A stretch of 63,859 nt of DNA, counting the filler, from Chiloscyllium plagiosum (taxonomy: Eukaryota): NCBI RefSeq assembly GCF_004010195.1. It is 3 parts of one record of this genome, joined end to end, with 100 filler letters (N's around TTAATTAATTAA, not from the genome) between each part and the next. Parts side by side here need not be neighbours in the genome. Positions count along the whole stretch, not along the records: positions 1 to 31,616 come from NC_057712.1; 2 more parts are not named here. One strand, written 5' to 3'. Under the pieces are notes generated by a model. It had not been told where the DNA came from and searched no databases. It saw nothing but the letters and a program-made list of their open reading frames with translations. The position numbers and the translations under genes are program-made. Each line of letters opens with the position of its first letter. Within the stretch, counting starts at the first letter, position 1. This document shows, one piece after another, positions 13,031 to 25,739 of the stretch.

Positions 13031-14854
13031 GTACTTTGCATTGATAGTCACAAAGGAAAAGAACATGATGGATGTTGAGTCTTGATACGGTATGTTGATA
13101 CTCTAATGCATGTAAATATAACTACAAAGTTACAACTACTACAGAGACATGCTTCAGAGAGGGACAAGACTGGCAGATTGACATTCCAATGTACAAATGT
13201 TTCAGGCAAGATAGAGAGAGATGTTAAAGAGTTTAGGGAGTTGCAATACTGATAAAGAAGGATATCATAGCTATACTGAGGAAGGACACCTTGGGGTGAC
13301 TCACATGGGTAGACCTCATTAATGGGAATCACTTTGATGAGATTGTACTGCAGGTCTTCCAACTGCCTGAGGATGATAGACAAACAAATGAATGGGCAGA
13401 TTATGGAAAATTGTAAGAACAACAGGGCTTGTTATCATGGGTGATTTTAATTTCCCCGATATTGACTGGGACGTCCTTTGTGCCAGGAACTTGGATAGGG
13501 GATAGAATTTGTTAGGCGTGTCCAGGATGGTTTTTTGAAATAATACGTAAATAGTCCAACTTGGATGAGGCTTACTAGAACTAGTATTAGGGAATGAAAA
13601 TAATGGATATTTCAGTGGGGGAGTATTTCTAGAATAGTGACCATAATTCTTTAAGTTTTAAGTTACTTATGGATAAGGATAAGAGTAGTCCTCAGCTGAA
13701 AGTACTAAACGGGTGGAAGGCTAACTGCCACAATATTTGGTAAGGACTGGGAATGTAGATGGCTTGAGCAGGATTATTTAAGGGTCGATCAGCATCTGGC
13801 ACTTGGGAATCTTTTAAAAGCCATTTGATTAGAGTTCAGGACCAAGATGTTCCTGTGAAAATGAAGGTTAAGGATGGCAAGATTTGGGAACCTTGGACAA
13901 AAGAAATTGAGAGCTTAGCCAAGAATAAAAAAAAGGAGGCAAACATAAGGACTAGGAAATCAAAGATAGACAGAGTCACAGAAAAAAAAGGTTGCAGGTA
14001 AGAACTCAAACAATGAATCTTGAAGGCTAAAAGGGGCCATTTCTTTGCCTGTCTTTGGCAAACAGGATTAAGGAAAATATCAAGCTGTTTTCTAAAAAGA
14101 TTAAGGTACAAGCATATAGCTAGGGACAGGACAGATTCATTCAAGGTCAAAGCAGGGAACTTATGTGTGGAGCCACAGGATGTGGGCGATGTCCTTTTGC
14201 ACAGGTATTTACAAAGGAGAAGAACGTGGTGGATGGTGAGTTACAGGGGGGCTATGTTGATATTCTATGCTATGCCAATATAAAAAAAGGTGTTGGGTGT
14301 TTTGAAAAGCATTAAGGTAGTCAAGTGCCAAAGACCTGTCGGAATGCTGAGAGATGCATGTGAGGAAATTGGGGCCTTGAGTGAAATCTTTGCATCCACC
14401 TTAGTCACAGGAGAAGTCCCAGAGAACTGGAGAATAGCCATTGTTGTTCCTTTGTTTAAGAAGGGCAACAGGAATAATCCAGGAATTACAGGGTGAGCCT
14501 TATATGGTAGGGAAATTATTGGAGAAGAATCTTAGGGACAGGATTGACTCACATTTGGAAAAATAGGCACCTATTACTGATAGGCAGCCTGGCTTTGTGC
14601 AGGGAAAGTAGAGTCTCACAAGTATGTTTGCGTTTTTTGAGGAGCTGACAAAGATGATTGATGAGGGCAGGGCAGTGGATATTGTCTACATAGATTTTGG
14701 CAAGGCCTTTGACAAGGTCCCTCCTGGAAGCCTGATACAAAAAGGTGAAGTCACATGGGTCCACAGTAAGCTGGATACAGAACTGGCTTAGATATACAAA
14801 ATAGAGAGTAGCAGTGGAAAGGAGTTTTTTCTGACTAGAGATCTGTGGCCAGTA

Positions 14855-15400
14855 CAAGCCAATGCACAATTTATTCTGCCAAAAGAATTGGAAAGAGAAA
14901 AGTAATGTGACAGAGCATTTGCACAAGCTAAAGAGACTTTGTTAAAGTTAGAAGCCCTGACCCCCTTTGACCTAAAGTTACCTATCCAACTAGCATGCAA
15001 TGGAGTGGGAGCAGTTGTTTGTCACCCATTACCCAATGGTGTAGAGAAGTCAATAGCTCTTGCATCAAGCTCTTTAAAAAAGAGAAGCAAACTATATACA
15101 GATAGAAGAAGAAGCTCTAGGAATCATTTTTGGCATTACATGATATCACTGATACCTGCATTGCTGGAAATTTACCCTACTAAAAGATATTAAACCTTTG
15201 AGCACAATATTTGGGCCTCAGACAGGGATACCTCTCTAGCATTGAACCATATGCAGAGGTATGCATTGTTGCTGTCAGTTCATACTTACATAATGAAATT
15301 ATCAGCAAAACAACTTACATGTGAAATGTTGACAGGTTCTCAGAATTATCTTTGCCAAATGATGACAACAAACAGAGGGAGGAATTGGCTAAAATAGACT
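14855..15400 (+). mobile_element. Gypsy LTR retrotransposon pol remnant (RT connection / RNase H)
   Basis: LTPFDLKLPIQLAC(DAS deleted)GVGAVVCH..PNGVEKSIALAS, then Y.QIEEEALGIIFGI-like and QRYALLLS motifs. Confidence 0.75.
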
Positions 15401-16689
15401 TTGGATTCCAGCAACTACAGGTTTTTTTTGTCTCTAAAGTAGACTGGAAGCAAAGACTTCATGGAAGGGACAGTTGACAAAGGGTGGAAGACTTTCAAAG
15501 CAATTTTTCGAAGTGCTCAGCAAAAGTACTGGGTGACCGCCATATCCACGGAGTCAGTTTCTGCGGTTTACTGCAGCCCAAACATATTACATGGAACATT
15601 CCATTACAGGGACCGGGGGCTGCCAGGGAGATAAATTTCCCATTTAAATTAATGGGTTCATCACTATCGGTGGTTTTGGGCTTCCATGGTAGGTCTTGGA
15701 ACGTATTCCCCATGAGTACAGGGGGGACTACTGTATATACCAGTAAAAAATTGAAGGACTATAGGAAAGGGGGTAATCTGCCATAGGTCTCTAAGGCAAT
15801 AAGGGAGGCTATCAAATTGAAAGAGATGGCATACAAAGTGGCCAAGATAAGCAGGAAATTAGAAGATTGGGAAAACTTTTAAATGTCAAGAGAAAGTCAC
15901 AAAAAAAGGTATAAAGAAAAATATGATAGTTTACTCTCATAATCTATCTAAGAATATAAATATAGAAAGCACGAGTTTCTATAAATATATAAAACGAAAA
16001 AGAGTGGCTAAGGTAAATATTCCACCTTGAGAGAATGAGAAGAAGGATTTACTAATGGGATATAAGGAAATGGCCAAGGCACTGACCAAGTATTTTGCAT
16101 CAGTCTTCACAGTAGAGGACACTAATACCATGCTAGTAATCGACAAGGAGACAAAGATGGGTGAGGACCTGGAAATAATTATCATCATGAAAAAAGTAAT
16201 GTTGGGCATGCTAATGGAGCTAAAAGGTAGAAAAATCTCGAGGCCCTGATGGAAGACATCCTAGGTGCTAAAAGAGGTGGCAGGAGAAATAGCAATACAC
16301 TTGTGATAATTTTCCAACATCAAATATGACGCCAGTGTTAAAAAAAAAAGGAGGTAGACAAAAGATTGGGACATATAGACTAGCTAGCTTAACTTCTGTA
16401 GTGGGGAAATACTTTAATCTATTATCAAGGAAGAAATAGCAAGGCATCTAGATAGAAATTGTCTTGTTGAGCAGACACAGTATGGGTTCATGAAAGGCAG
16501 ATCATGCTTAAGTAATGTACTGGAACTCTATGAAGATATTACAAGCATGGTGGATGATGGGGACCCAGTAAATGTGGTGCATCTAGATTTCCAAAAGGCA
16601 TTCAATAAGGTGACAATCAAAAGCCTGCTGCGTAAGAAAAAGATGCATTGTATTATGTGCAACATATTAGCATGGAAAGAGGATTAGTT

Positions 16690-17460
16690 ATAGAGTCAGA
16701 GTCATGGAGTCATGGAAACAGACCCTTCAGTCCAACTTGTCCATGCCGACCAGATAACCAAATCTAATCTAGTCCCATTTGCCAGCACTTGGCCAATATC
16801 CTTTCAAACCTTCCCTCTTCATATACCCTTCCACATGTCTTTTAAATGCTGTAACTGTATAAGCATCCACCACTTCCTCTGGCAACTCATTCCATACACA
16901 TACTACCCTCTGTGTGAAAAGGTTGCCCCTTAGGTCTCTTTTATATCTTTCCCCTCTCACCCTAAACCTATGCCCTCTAGTTCTGGACTCTCCCACACCA
17001 AGGAAAATACTTTGTCTATTTAGGTAAAAACAATGGCTGCAGATGCTGGAAACCAGATTCTGGATTAGAGGTGCTGGAAAAGCACAGCAGTTCAGGCAGC
17101 ATCCGAGGAGCAGTAAAATCTTGTCTATTTATCCTATCAATGCCCCTCATGATTTTGTAAACCTTTATAAGGTCATCCCTCAGCATCCAACGCTCCAGAG
17201 AAACAGCCCCAGCCTATTCAGCGTCTCCCTACAGCTCAAATTCTCCAATCCTCGCTACATCCTTGTAAATCTTTTTTGAACCCTTTGACGTTTCACCACA
17301 TCCTTCCAAAAGGAGACCAGAATTGCATGCAATATTCCAAACATGACCTAACCAATGTCCTGTACAGCCGCAATATGAACTCCCAACTCCTAAACTGAAT
17401 GCTCTGACCAGTAAAGGAAAGCATACCAAATGCCTTCTTCACTTTCATATCTACCTGCAA
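16690..17460 (-). mobile_element. Nested CR1 3' fragment, itself carrying a 98-bp PLE-derived insert (17023-17120, TSD ttgtctattta)
   Basis: [38 protein letters not shown]; gagtca-type tail. Confidence 0.9.
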
Positions 17461-19325
17461 CTAACTGACAGGAAGCAAAGATAAATGAGTGCTATTCTGG
17501 TTGGCAATCAGTAACTAGTGTTGTGCCTCAGGAATTAGTGTTGGGACCGCAATTATTCACAATTTACTTATATGATTCAGAGTTGGGGACCACGTCTAGT
17601 GTCTCAAAGTTTGCAGATGACACTAAGATGAGTGGTAGAGCAAAGTGTACAGAGGACTGTAAAACTTTGCAGACGGAAATTGTTTAAGTAAGTGGGCAAA
17701 GGTCTGGCAGATGGAGTACAATGTTGATAAATGTGAAGTCATCCATTTTGGTAGGAACAACAGTAAAAAGGACCATTTGAATGGTAAAATATTGCACCAC
17801 GCTGCTGAGCAGAGGGACCTGGGTGTCCTTGTGCATAAATCATAGAAGGCTGGTCTGCAGGTACAATAACTAATTAAGAAAGCAAATGAAATTTTTTGCT
17901 TCATTGCTAAAGGGATTGAGTTTAAAAGCAGGGAGGTTATGTTGCAGATGTATAGGATGCTGATGAGGCCACGCCTGGAGTAGTGTTTACAGGTCTGGTC
18001 TCCTTACCTGGGAAAGGATATCCTGGCACTGGAGAGGGTGTGCAGAGAAGGTTCACTGGCGTGATTCTGGAATTGAGAGGGGTTGGCTTATGAGGAGATA
18101 CTGAGTTCAAAGTTTGTGCGAAGATTTGTAGCTCGGGTGCTCGTTGTTGTGGTTCTGTTCGCCGAGCTGGAAGTTTTTGTTGCAAACGTTTCGTCCCCTG
18201 GCTAGGCGACATCATCAGTGCTTGGGAGCCTCCTGCGAAGCGCTTCTTTGATGTTTCCTCCGGTGTTTATAGTGGTCTGTCCCTCTGCCATAACGGCACA
18301 CAAACCAACAGCCACGCTCAGACAACAACTCACCAAAACAAAGGACCCAATACCCAACATGAGCAAGACGAATGTAGTGTACAAAATACCATACAAGGAC
18401 TGCACAAAACACTATATAGGACAAACAGAAAGACAGCTAACAATCCGCATACATGAACATCAACTAGCCACGAAACAACACAACCAGCTATCCTTAGTAG
18501 CCACACACACAGACAACAAGCAACATGAATTCGACTGGGACAACACTACTATCATAGGGCAAACCAGACAGAGAACAGCCAAGGAAGTCCTAGAGGCATG
18601 GCATGCATCCACAAACTCCATCAACAAACAATTCCTAGAGGCATGGCATTCATCCACAAACTCCATCAACAAACAATTCCTAGAGGCATGGCATTCATCC
18701 ACAAACTCCATCAACAAACAATTCCTAGAGGCATGGCATTCATCCACAAACTCCATCAACAAACAATTCCTAGAGGCATGGCATTCATCCACAAACTCCA
18801 TCAACAAACACATCAACCTGGACCCAATATACCAACCACTACAGCGGACAGCTGAAACTGACAACCGGAAGCGGCAGGGACAGACCAATATAAACACCGG
18901 AGGAAACATCAAAGAAGCGCTTCGCAGGAGGCTCCCAAGCACTGATGATGTCGCCTAGCCAAGGGACGAAANNNNNNNNNNNNNNNNNNNNNNNNNNNNN
19001 NNNNNNNNNNNNNNNNNNNNNNNNNNNNNNNNNNNNNNNNNNNNNATACCCAACATGTGCAAAACTAATGTAGTGTACAAAATCCTATGCAAGGACTGCA
19101 CTAAACACTATATAGGACAGGCAACATGAATTCGACTGGGACAACACTACTATCATAGGGCAAGCCAGACAGAGAACAGCCAGGGAATTCCTAGAGGCAT
19201 AGCATTCATCCACAAACTCCATCAACAAACACATCGACCTGGACCCAATATACCAACCACTACAGCGGACAGCTGAAACTGACAACCGGAAGCGGCAGGG
19301 ACAGACCACTATAAACACCGGAGGA

Positions 19326-19535
19326 GCCACCCGGGTGTTTTCCTATCTTCCTGGTGGTGGAAATTGAATAAAGATTCGTGCACTTTGTGTCTTTCACTGT
19401 GTCTCACACCTGCACACACACACCATGGGTGCTGGGGATAAAATAAGCACTACCGCACTTAGGTGGTATTGTGGGGGTTAAAAAAGAAAGGGGAAAAAGA
19501 AAAAAAATTTAAAAAAATTTAAAAAATTAAAAAAA
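19326..19535 (+). mobile_element. 210-bp A-tailed retroposed insert (L1/Tx1-type target-primed insertion)
   Basis: 15-bp TSD ataaacaccggagga at 19311-19325 and 19536-19550; internal AATAAA, 3' stem-loop, ~55-nt A-rich tail. Confidence 0.8.
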
Positions 19536-19584
19536 ATAAACACCGGAGGAAACATCAAAGAAGCGCTTCGCAGGAGGCTCCCAA

Positions 19585-19624
19585 GCACTGATGATGTCGC
19601 CTAGCCAGGGGACGAAACGTTTGC
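19585..19624 (+). ncRNA. Minimal type I hammerhead ribozyme motif in a PLE pseudo-LTR (other copies: 18939 +, 18182-18221 -, ~49610-49650 -)
   Basis: GCA-CTGATGA-TGTCGCCTAGCCAGGGGAC-GAAAC-GTT-TGC: conserved core, stem II, palindromic ACGT stem III, 3-bp stem I. Confidence 0.75.
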
Positions 19625-20414
19625 AACAAAAACTTCCAGCTCGGCGAACAGAACCACAACAGATACTGAGTAGACCGGGATTATATCATTGGAAGTTAGA
19701 AGATTGAGGGAGGATCTTGTGGCAACATATAAAATCATGAAGGGAATAGGTAAGATAGAAGTAGAGGGAATGTTTCCACTGGCAAGTGAAACTAGGACAA
19801 GAGGGCATAGCCTCAGAATTAGTGACAGCAGATCTAGGATTGAATTGGGAAGGATCTTGTTCACCTAAAGGGTTGTGAATCTGTGGAATTCCATGCCCAG
19901 TGAAGTAGTTGAGGCTTCCTCATTGAATACTTTTAAAGCTAAGATAGTTACTTCCTTTACTGTTTAAAATTAAAGGTTATGGCGAGAGGATGGGTTAGTG
20001 GAGCTGAGGCCACAAAAGGGTCAGCCACAATCCTATTGGATGGTGGAGCAGGCTTGAAGGACCCACTCATGCTCCTAGTTCTTGTGTTCTTACTGGACAT
20101 TTTTGGCAAGAAGTAGATTAGAAATAATCCACTATCAAACGTGTTGAATATGGTGCTTCGTGGCAAGATCACAGGAACAATCCCAGACTGAAATCACATG
20201 TCACAATGATGCTAGAACTATCCATAAAAGCAGGTTGACTTTTGAGGGGAATAAGGGTAATTACTCCACTACAGCTAAGGAAACGTGTTAAATCAACTAC
20301 ATGGAGGTCAATTAGTTTAGTTGGCTGGATGGCTAGTTTGCAATGATGCCAAAAGCAGGTGTTTATTTCCCACTCCAGCTGAGGTTTTCATGAAGGACAC
20401 TCCTTCTGGACGTA

Positions 20415-21020
20415 AGCTTGCTTGCTGAGCTGGAAGATTTGTTTTCAGACATTTCATCACCATACTAGGCAACATCTTCAGTGTGGAGAAAGTGAGGTCT
20501 GCAGATGCTGGAGATCAGAGCTGAAAATGTGTTGCTGGAAATGCACAGCAGGTCAGGCAGCATCCAGGGAACAGGAGAATCGACGTTTCGGGCATAAGCC
20601 CTTCTTATGCCCGATTCCTGAAGATGGGCTTATGCCCGAAACGTCGATTCTCCTGTTTCCTGGATGCTGCCTGACCTGCTGCACTTTTCCAGCAACACAT
20701 TTTCAGCAACATCTTCAGTGTGCCTCCAAATGAAGCACTAGTGGTGTAGCCCACTTTCTGTGTATATGTTTGAGTTTCCTATAGTCGGTGATATCATTTC
20801 CTGTGGTGATATAATTTCCTATGGTGATGTCATTTCCTGTTCTTTTTCTCAGGGGATGGTAAATGGGATCCAGGTCAATGTGTTTGTTGATAGAGTTCCA
20901 ATTGGAACACATTAACTTGGATCCCATTTACCACCCGAAGAAAACAAACAGGAAATGACATCACCATAGGAAATTATGCCTCTACAGAAAATGAGTCACC
21001 AACCATAAGAAACTCAAACT
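20415..21020. mobile_element. PLE remnant with inverted arms, interrupted by a palindromic mini-element (20486-20705)
   Basis: NWNSINKHIDLDPIYHPLRKRTGND; 17-bp TSD gcaacatcttcagtgtg at 20469-20485 and 20706-20722. Confidence 0.8.
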
Positions 21021-23870
21021 TCCTAATCCTCTGGTTTCTCACTGCCCTTTGCCACATTATTTGTTTTCTCTTTTGTTTTTATGCTGTTCCTGACTTCCCT
21101 AGTCAGCCACAGATGCCTCATCCTCCTTTTAGCATGCTTCTTTTCCCTAGGGATGAATTTTTGCTGTTTCCTGAATCACTTCCAGATAATCTTGCCATTG
21201 CTGTTCCATTGTCTTTCCTGCTAGGCTCCTCTCCCAGTCAATTCTGGTCAGCTCTTCCCTCATGAATCTATAATTACCTTTATTTAACTATAATACATTA
21301 CATCGGATTTCAGCTTCCTCTTCAATTGCAGAGTAAATTCTATCAGATTATAGTCACTGCCTCCTAAGGGTTCAGTCACCTTAAGTCCCTTATCAAGTCT
21401 GTCTCATTGCACAACACTAAATTCAGAATTGCCTAAATCCAAAAGGTGCTCCAAAAAGCCACCTCGTAGACATTCCTCAAATTCCCTTTGTTGCGATCCA
21501 TTACCAACGTAATCTTCCCAGTCCACCTGCATATTGACATCCCCATGATCACTGTAACTATGCCTTTCTTGCATGCCTTTTCTATCTCCTGAGTATCCCG
21601 ACTAATGTTTGGAAGCCTGTACATAAGTACCTGACCGTACTTCGTTTGTTGCTATTGATTTACATTTATTTCCTAGTTATAAGGCAACCCCACCCCGTCT
21701 GTCTTTTTGATGGGATGTATATCCTTGGATATTTAGCTCACAGTCCTGATCCCCTTTCAGCCACATCCCCATGATGCCCAACACATCATACCTGCCGATT
21801 CCAATCTATTCTGTAAGCTCATTGACCTTATTACATGTACTGAGTTCATTCAGATATGACACCTTCAGTCCTGTATTTACTGTCCCTCTTCTCATTGTCC
21901 CTTTATGGGGTGTGTTTGAAATTTGTTTCTGAACCCTTTTCAAACACTCAGTCCTACTTTGTGTCCTGGAGGCTTTAATAACATCTCCTGAGTTCTCATA
22001 GAACATAGAACATAGAACAATACAGCACAGAACAGGCCCTTCGGCCCACGATGTTGTGCCGAACATTTGTCCTAGCTTAAGCACCCATCCATGTACCTAT
22101 CCAATTGCCGCTTAAAGGTCACCAAAGATTCTGACTCTACCACTCCCACAGGCAGCGCATTCCATGCCCCCACCACTCTCTGGATAAAGAACCCACCCCT
22201 GACATCTCCCCTATACCTTCCACCCTTCACCTTAAATTTATGTCCCCTTGTAACACTCTGTTGTACCCGGGGAAAAAGTTTCTGACTGTCTACTCCATCT
22301 ATTCCTCTGATCATCTTATAAACCTCTATCAAGTCACCCCTCATCCTTCGCCGTTCCAACGAGAAAAGGCCTAGCATTCTCAACCTATCCTCGTACGACC
22401 TATTCTCCATTCCAGGCAACATCCTGGTAAATCTTCTCTGCACCCTCTCCAAAGCTTCCACATCTTTCCTAAAGTGAGGCGACCAGAACTGCACACAGTA
22501 CTCCAAATGTGGCCTAACCAAAGTCCTGTACAGTTGCAACATCACTTCACGACTCTTGAATTCAATCCCTCTACTAATGAACGCTAATACACCATAGGCC
22601 TTCTTACAAGCTCTATCCACCTGAGTGGCAACTTTCAAAGACTCCTTGCTTTTCTTTATTTTTCATGCTTTTCCATGCACTTGAATCCACCACTGACAGA
22701 TGTTGGATTCCAGCTTCTGGAGGTTTTTTTTTGTCTCTAAGATGTTTCCCATTGGCGATTATACTTCTTGGAGTTTTTCCCTTCTCTTCCTGCCCACCAC
22801 CACCACCCCCCCCCACCCCGATTTTAGATAAAAGTCCTGTTGACCACCTTATTTACCCTTTTCACTAGAACATTGGTTCCAGCTCAGTTCAAGTAGAAAC
22901 CATCCCAATGGTACAGATCTATCCAGTTCCAATACTAATGCCAGTGTCCTCTGAAAAGGAAACCCCCCTTTCCCACATCACTCTTTTAGCTACATGTTTA
23001 CTTCCCTTGTTCTTGCATCCCTATGCTAATGTGCACGTGGAGATTATAACCCTTGAGAACCTAGTCCCTGATAATCCCTAAACAGTTCCCTTTCCTCATC
23101 TTGCCTATGTTGTTTGTCCTGATGTGGTTCACAACAACTGGATCCTCCCCCTCCCTCTCCAATGGCCTTCCAAGCTGGTCAGAGTAGTCTCTCACTCTGG
23201 CAATGGGTAGGCAACATACCAAGCAAGACTCTTGATCCTGCTAACAGGGGATGCTAGCTATTCCCCTAATTATAGAATCCCCTACAACTACCACTTATCG
23301 TTTTGCTCACCCCTCTCGAATGGCCTCCTGTACCACAGTGCTGTGATTAGCTGGCTTATCCTCCTTACAGCTCTGTTCCTCATCCACACAGGGAGCAAGG
23401 ACTTTGTACCCATTGGATAAGGTCAAGAGCTGAGGTTCCTCTGTTCATGAATACATGATCCCTCTACCTGCCTCACTTGCAGTCACACCCTGTTGTTTCT
23501 AGTCACTGACTGAACTTGAGGTATTTAATCCACCAGGTGTGACCACCTCCTGAAAAAAAGCTTCCAGCTAACTCTCCACCTTTCAGATGTGCCGCAATGT
23601 CCGAAGCTTGGACTCTACATCATTAATTCTGAGCCAAAGTTCCTCCAGCAACCAATACTTGCTGCAGATGTGGTCATTGCAGTTCACAATGGGATCAGCC
23701 AGCCATCATACATCACCTGCCCAGCTATTTCTATTTAGTTTAGTTTATCGATTAGTTAGTTAATCCATGGTTAGTTAATTATTTATTAATTAGATTTGCA
23801 GTTTATTTTTAAATTTAGGACATATTCCTACCAGTCAATCAGGTCACAGTCCTCCTATGACATCACTTTT
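21020..23870 (-). mobile_element. Old CR1 LINE 5' half (ORF1 and endonuclease)
   Basis: Minus-strand HICSKYWLLE zinc-finger-like region, esterase VVVNHIRTNNIG region, MYRLPN endonuclease motif. Confidence 0.75.
21998..22640 (-). mobile_element. Young 5'-truncated CR1 (HER1-like) with uninterrupted ORF2 C-terminus
   Basis: 188-aa open frame LYRTLVRPHLEYCVQFWSPH...RGDLIEVYK...WNALP; (catagaa)n tail; 3' UTR shares gggccgaagggcctgtt with the SINEs. Confidence 0.95.
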
Positions 23871-23874
23871 TCAG

Positions 23875-25700
23875 TTTGGTTTCAGTTCCTCTTCTGACTC
23901 CACTCCCTAGAAATAAGGTTGCAAATGCCTGTTTCGGCTATGAGGAGAGTTCATACCCTGGGAAGTCTATTTACATCTGGTTTGAAACAGTTAAATTGCT
24001 TATCAATATTAAAATCAGGATCAGTCAAAATAGCCATCTGGTTCTTTTGGAGGTTGATATCAGCGCAGTCATATACATCAGTGATTACAGAACCAGTTTA
24101 TAAACTACTTTCGCTCTGGACTCTAGGCCTTTGCTTTATGTAAGGCTTCAGCTAGGCTGAGAACCAATATTGGGTAACCTTTTACAGATTAAGGGCATAA
24201 AACTTTGGTTTCAGCTTTAATGAGATGCAGCTGATTCAGTAACCAGTGATTATAGTGAAAGGCTCAGGCTCACGTTTGGATGAGGCCAAATTTGTTGTGA
24301 GAGATTCACCTACATTGACTCAACATCTTTCATTCAGAAAATGCCTGACTCACCGAAGTCCTAATTAAATACTTGGATGTCATCTAGAAAGATTTTGCGA
24401 CTATCAGAAGCAACGACATGTTTAGTTGTTGACCAAGAAGCAATTCCAGGATTGTGCAAGGCCCACCTAGTGCCATTTGCCTTACGGGTAAAAGTAGAGG
24501 CAGAAATGAGAAGGCTGGAAAGTGAAGGAATCATCAAACCTTTCCAGTTTAAAACTGGTAGGACCAGTTCTACCAACTTTGAAACCTGATGGGTCAGTTC
24601 ACTTTTGCAGGGATTTTAAACAGATGGCAAACCTCTTTTCGCAGCTAGATACATATCCAAACCCTCACATAGAGGATTTATACTCAAATTTGTGCTGTTC
24701 TTCACAAAGCTGAAAATAAGCTACATTTACTTGCACTTGTGTTGAGAAGACGATTCCCAGAAGTATGCTACAATTAAAAGCCGCAAGGGTTTGTGCCAAT
24801 ATGAGACTGCCATTTGGGGTATTGTCAACCTGTTCAAGTTTTCAATGGATGATATAGAGAACATTTTGCAAGGTCTAGCTCAAGTCACTGTTTCCCTAGA
24901 TAATGTCCTGATAACAGGGCAAACTAATAAGGAGAACTTGGATATCATACTATAGCATTTTTCCAAGGCAGGCATACCCCTAAGAAAGGAAAATGTGACT
25001 TACTTAGGCTAGAGTCAACACGACTGGATTACACCCATTGGAAGATAAAGTGAGGGCAATCAAAGATGCCTGGCTCCCACACCTGTGCACGAGCTTAGGT
25101 TCTTTCTTGGGCTGGTAAACTATTATAGAAAGCTCCAACACAATCTGGCCTCTATCCTAACACCTTTGCATCAACTCCTAAAAAGGGGTCAGCCTTGGAA
25201 ATGGTCACATAGACAAGCCCTAGTACTTGAAGTAAAGAAACAACTATAATTCCAAGAAAGATCTGGTATTGACATGCGATGCCTTCCCATACAGCACTGG
25301 GATGGTATTATCTCATAGGTGGCCCACTGAAGCAAAATGCCCAATAGCTTCTGCATCCAGGACTTTGACCAATGCAAAGCATAAATACGCCAGATAGAGA
25401 AAGAATTGGTGGTCATATTTAGAGTCAGGAAGTTCCACCAATACCTTTATGGATGAAAATTCATAATAATCACAGACCAAAGACCCCTACTTGGTCTACT
25501 TAAAGAAGACAAGACAGTGATGCCCATAGTTTCAGACTGCATTCAGCGGTAGGCTCAAATACTAAGTGCTAAAAAGTAAAATTTAGAGCACCATCCAAGA
25601 GGCCAAGTAGTGAATGCAAATGCATTGATCCCCTTACCATTAACAGATACATGGGAGGTACCACCAGCGGTGCAAGAGCCTATAACGATATTAAAATTTT
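23875..25700 (+). mobile_element. Gypsy LTR retrotransposon pol remnant (protease, RT, RNase H)
   Basis: LEVDISA (protease-like), VPFALRVKVEAEMRRLESEGII, LKPDGSVHFCRDFK, YPNPHIEDLY, RLPFG, ELRFFLGLVNYY, YAR.EKE, IITD..PLLGL. Confidence 0.85.
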
Positions 25701-25739
25701 CTAGAAACACTCCCAACTAACAATATCAGACTTCAGATG

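Larger units (their letters stand above)
10400..14850 (+). mobile_element. Old near-full-length CR1 LINE (ORF1 zinc finger + esterase, then ORF2) broken by two SINEs and a PLE
   Basis: CNVC...YVCRKHVQLQL; VVVYIGINDIG (SGNH esterase-like); later GDFNFPDIDW, TGEVPENWRIAIVVPLFKKG, DFGKAFDKV. Confidence 0.85.
18107..19660 (+). mobile_element. Penelope/Poseidon-type element: inverted partial pseudo-LTR plus two tandem GIY-YIG/pseudo-LTR copies
   Basis: TNVVYKIPYKDCTKHYIGQTERQLTIRIHEH (GIY-YIG); 11-bp TSD agatactgagt at 18096-18106 and 19661-19671; contains an assembly gap. Confidence 0.9.
15780..20095 (+). mobile_element. CR1 LINE ORF2 hosting a nested antisense CR1 and a PLE
   Basis: YFASVFT, MKGRSCLSN, LDFQKAFNKV, KFADDTK; 3' UTR ending ~20090. 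Confidence 0.85.

Noticed and set aside
22072..22638. Clean 188-aa ORF as a possible host gene
   Set aside because: It is the C-terminus of CR1 ORF2 with the LINE 3' UTR and tail, i.e. a young truncated insertion.
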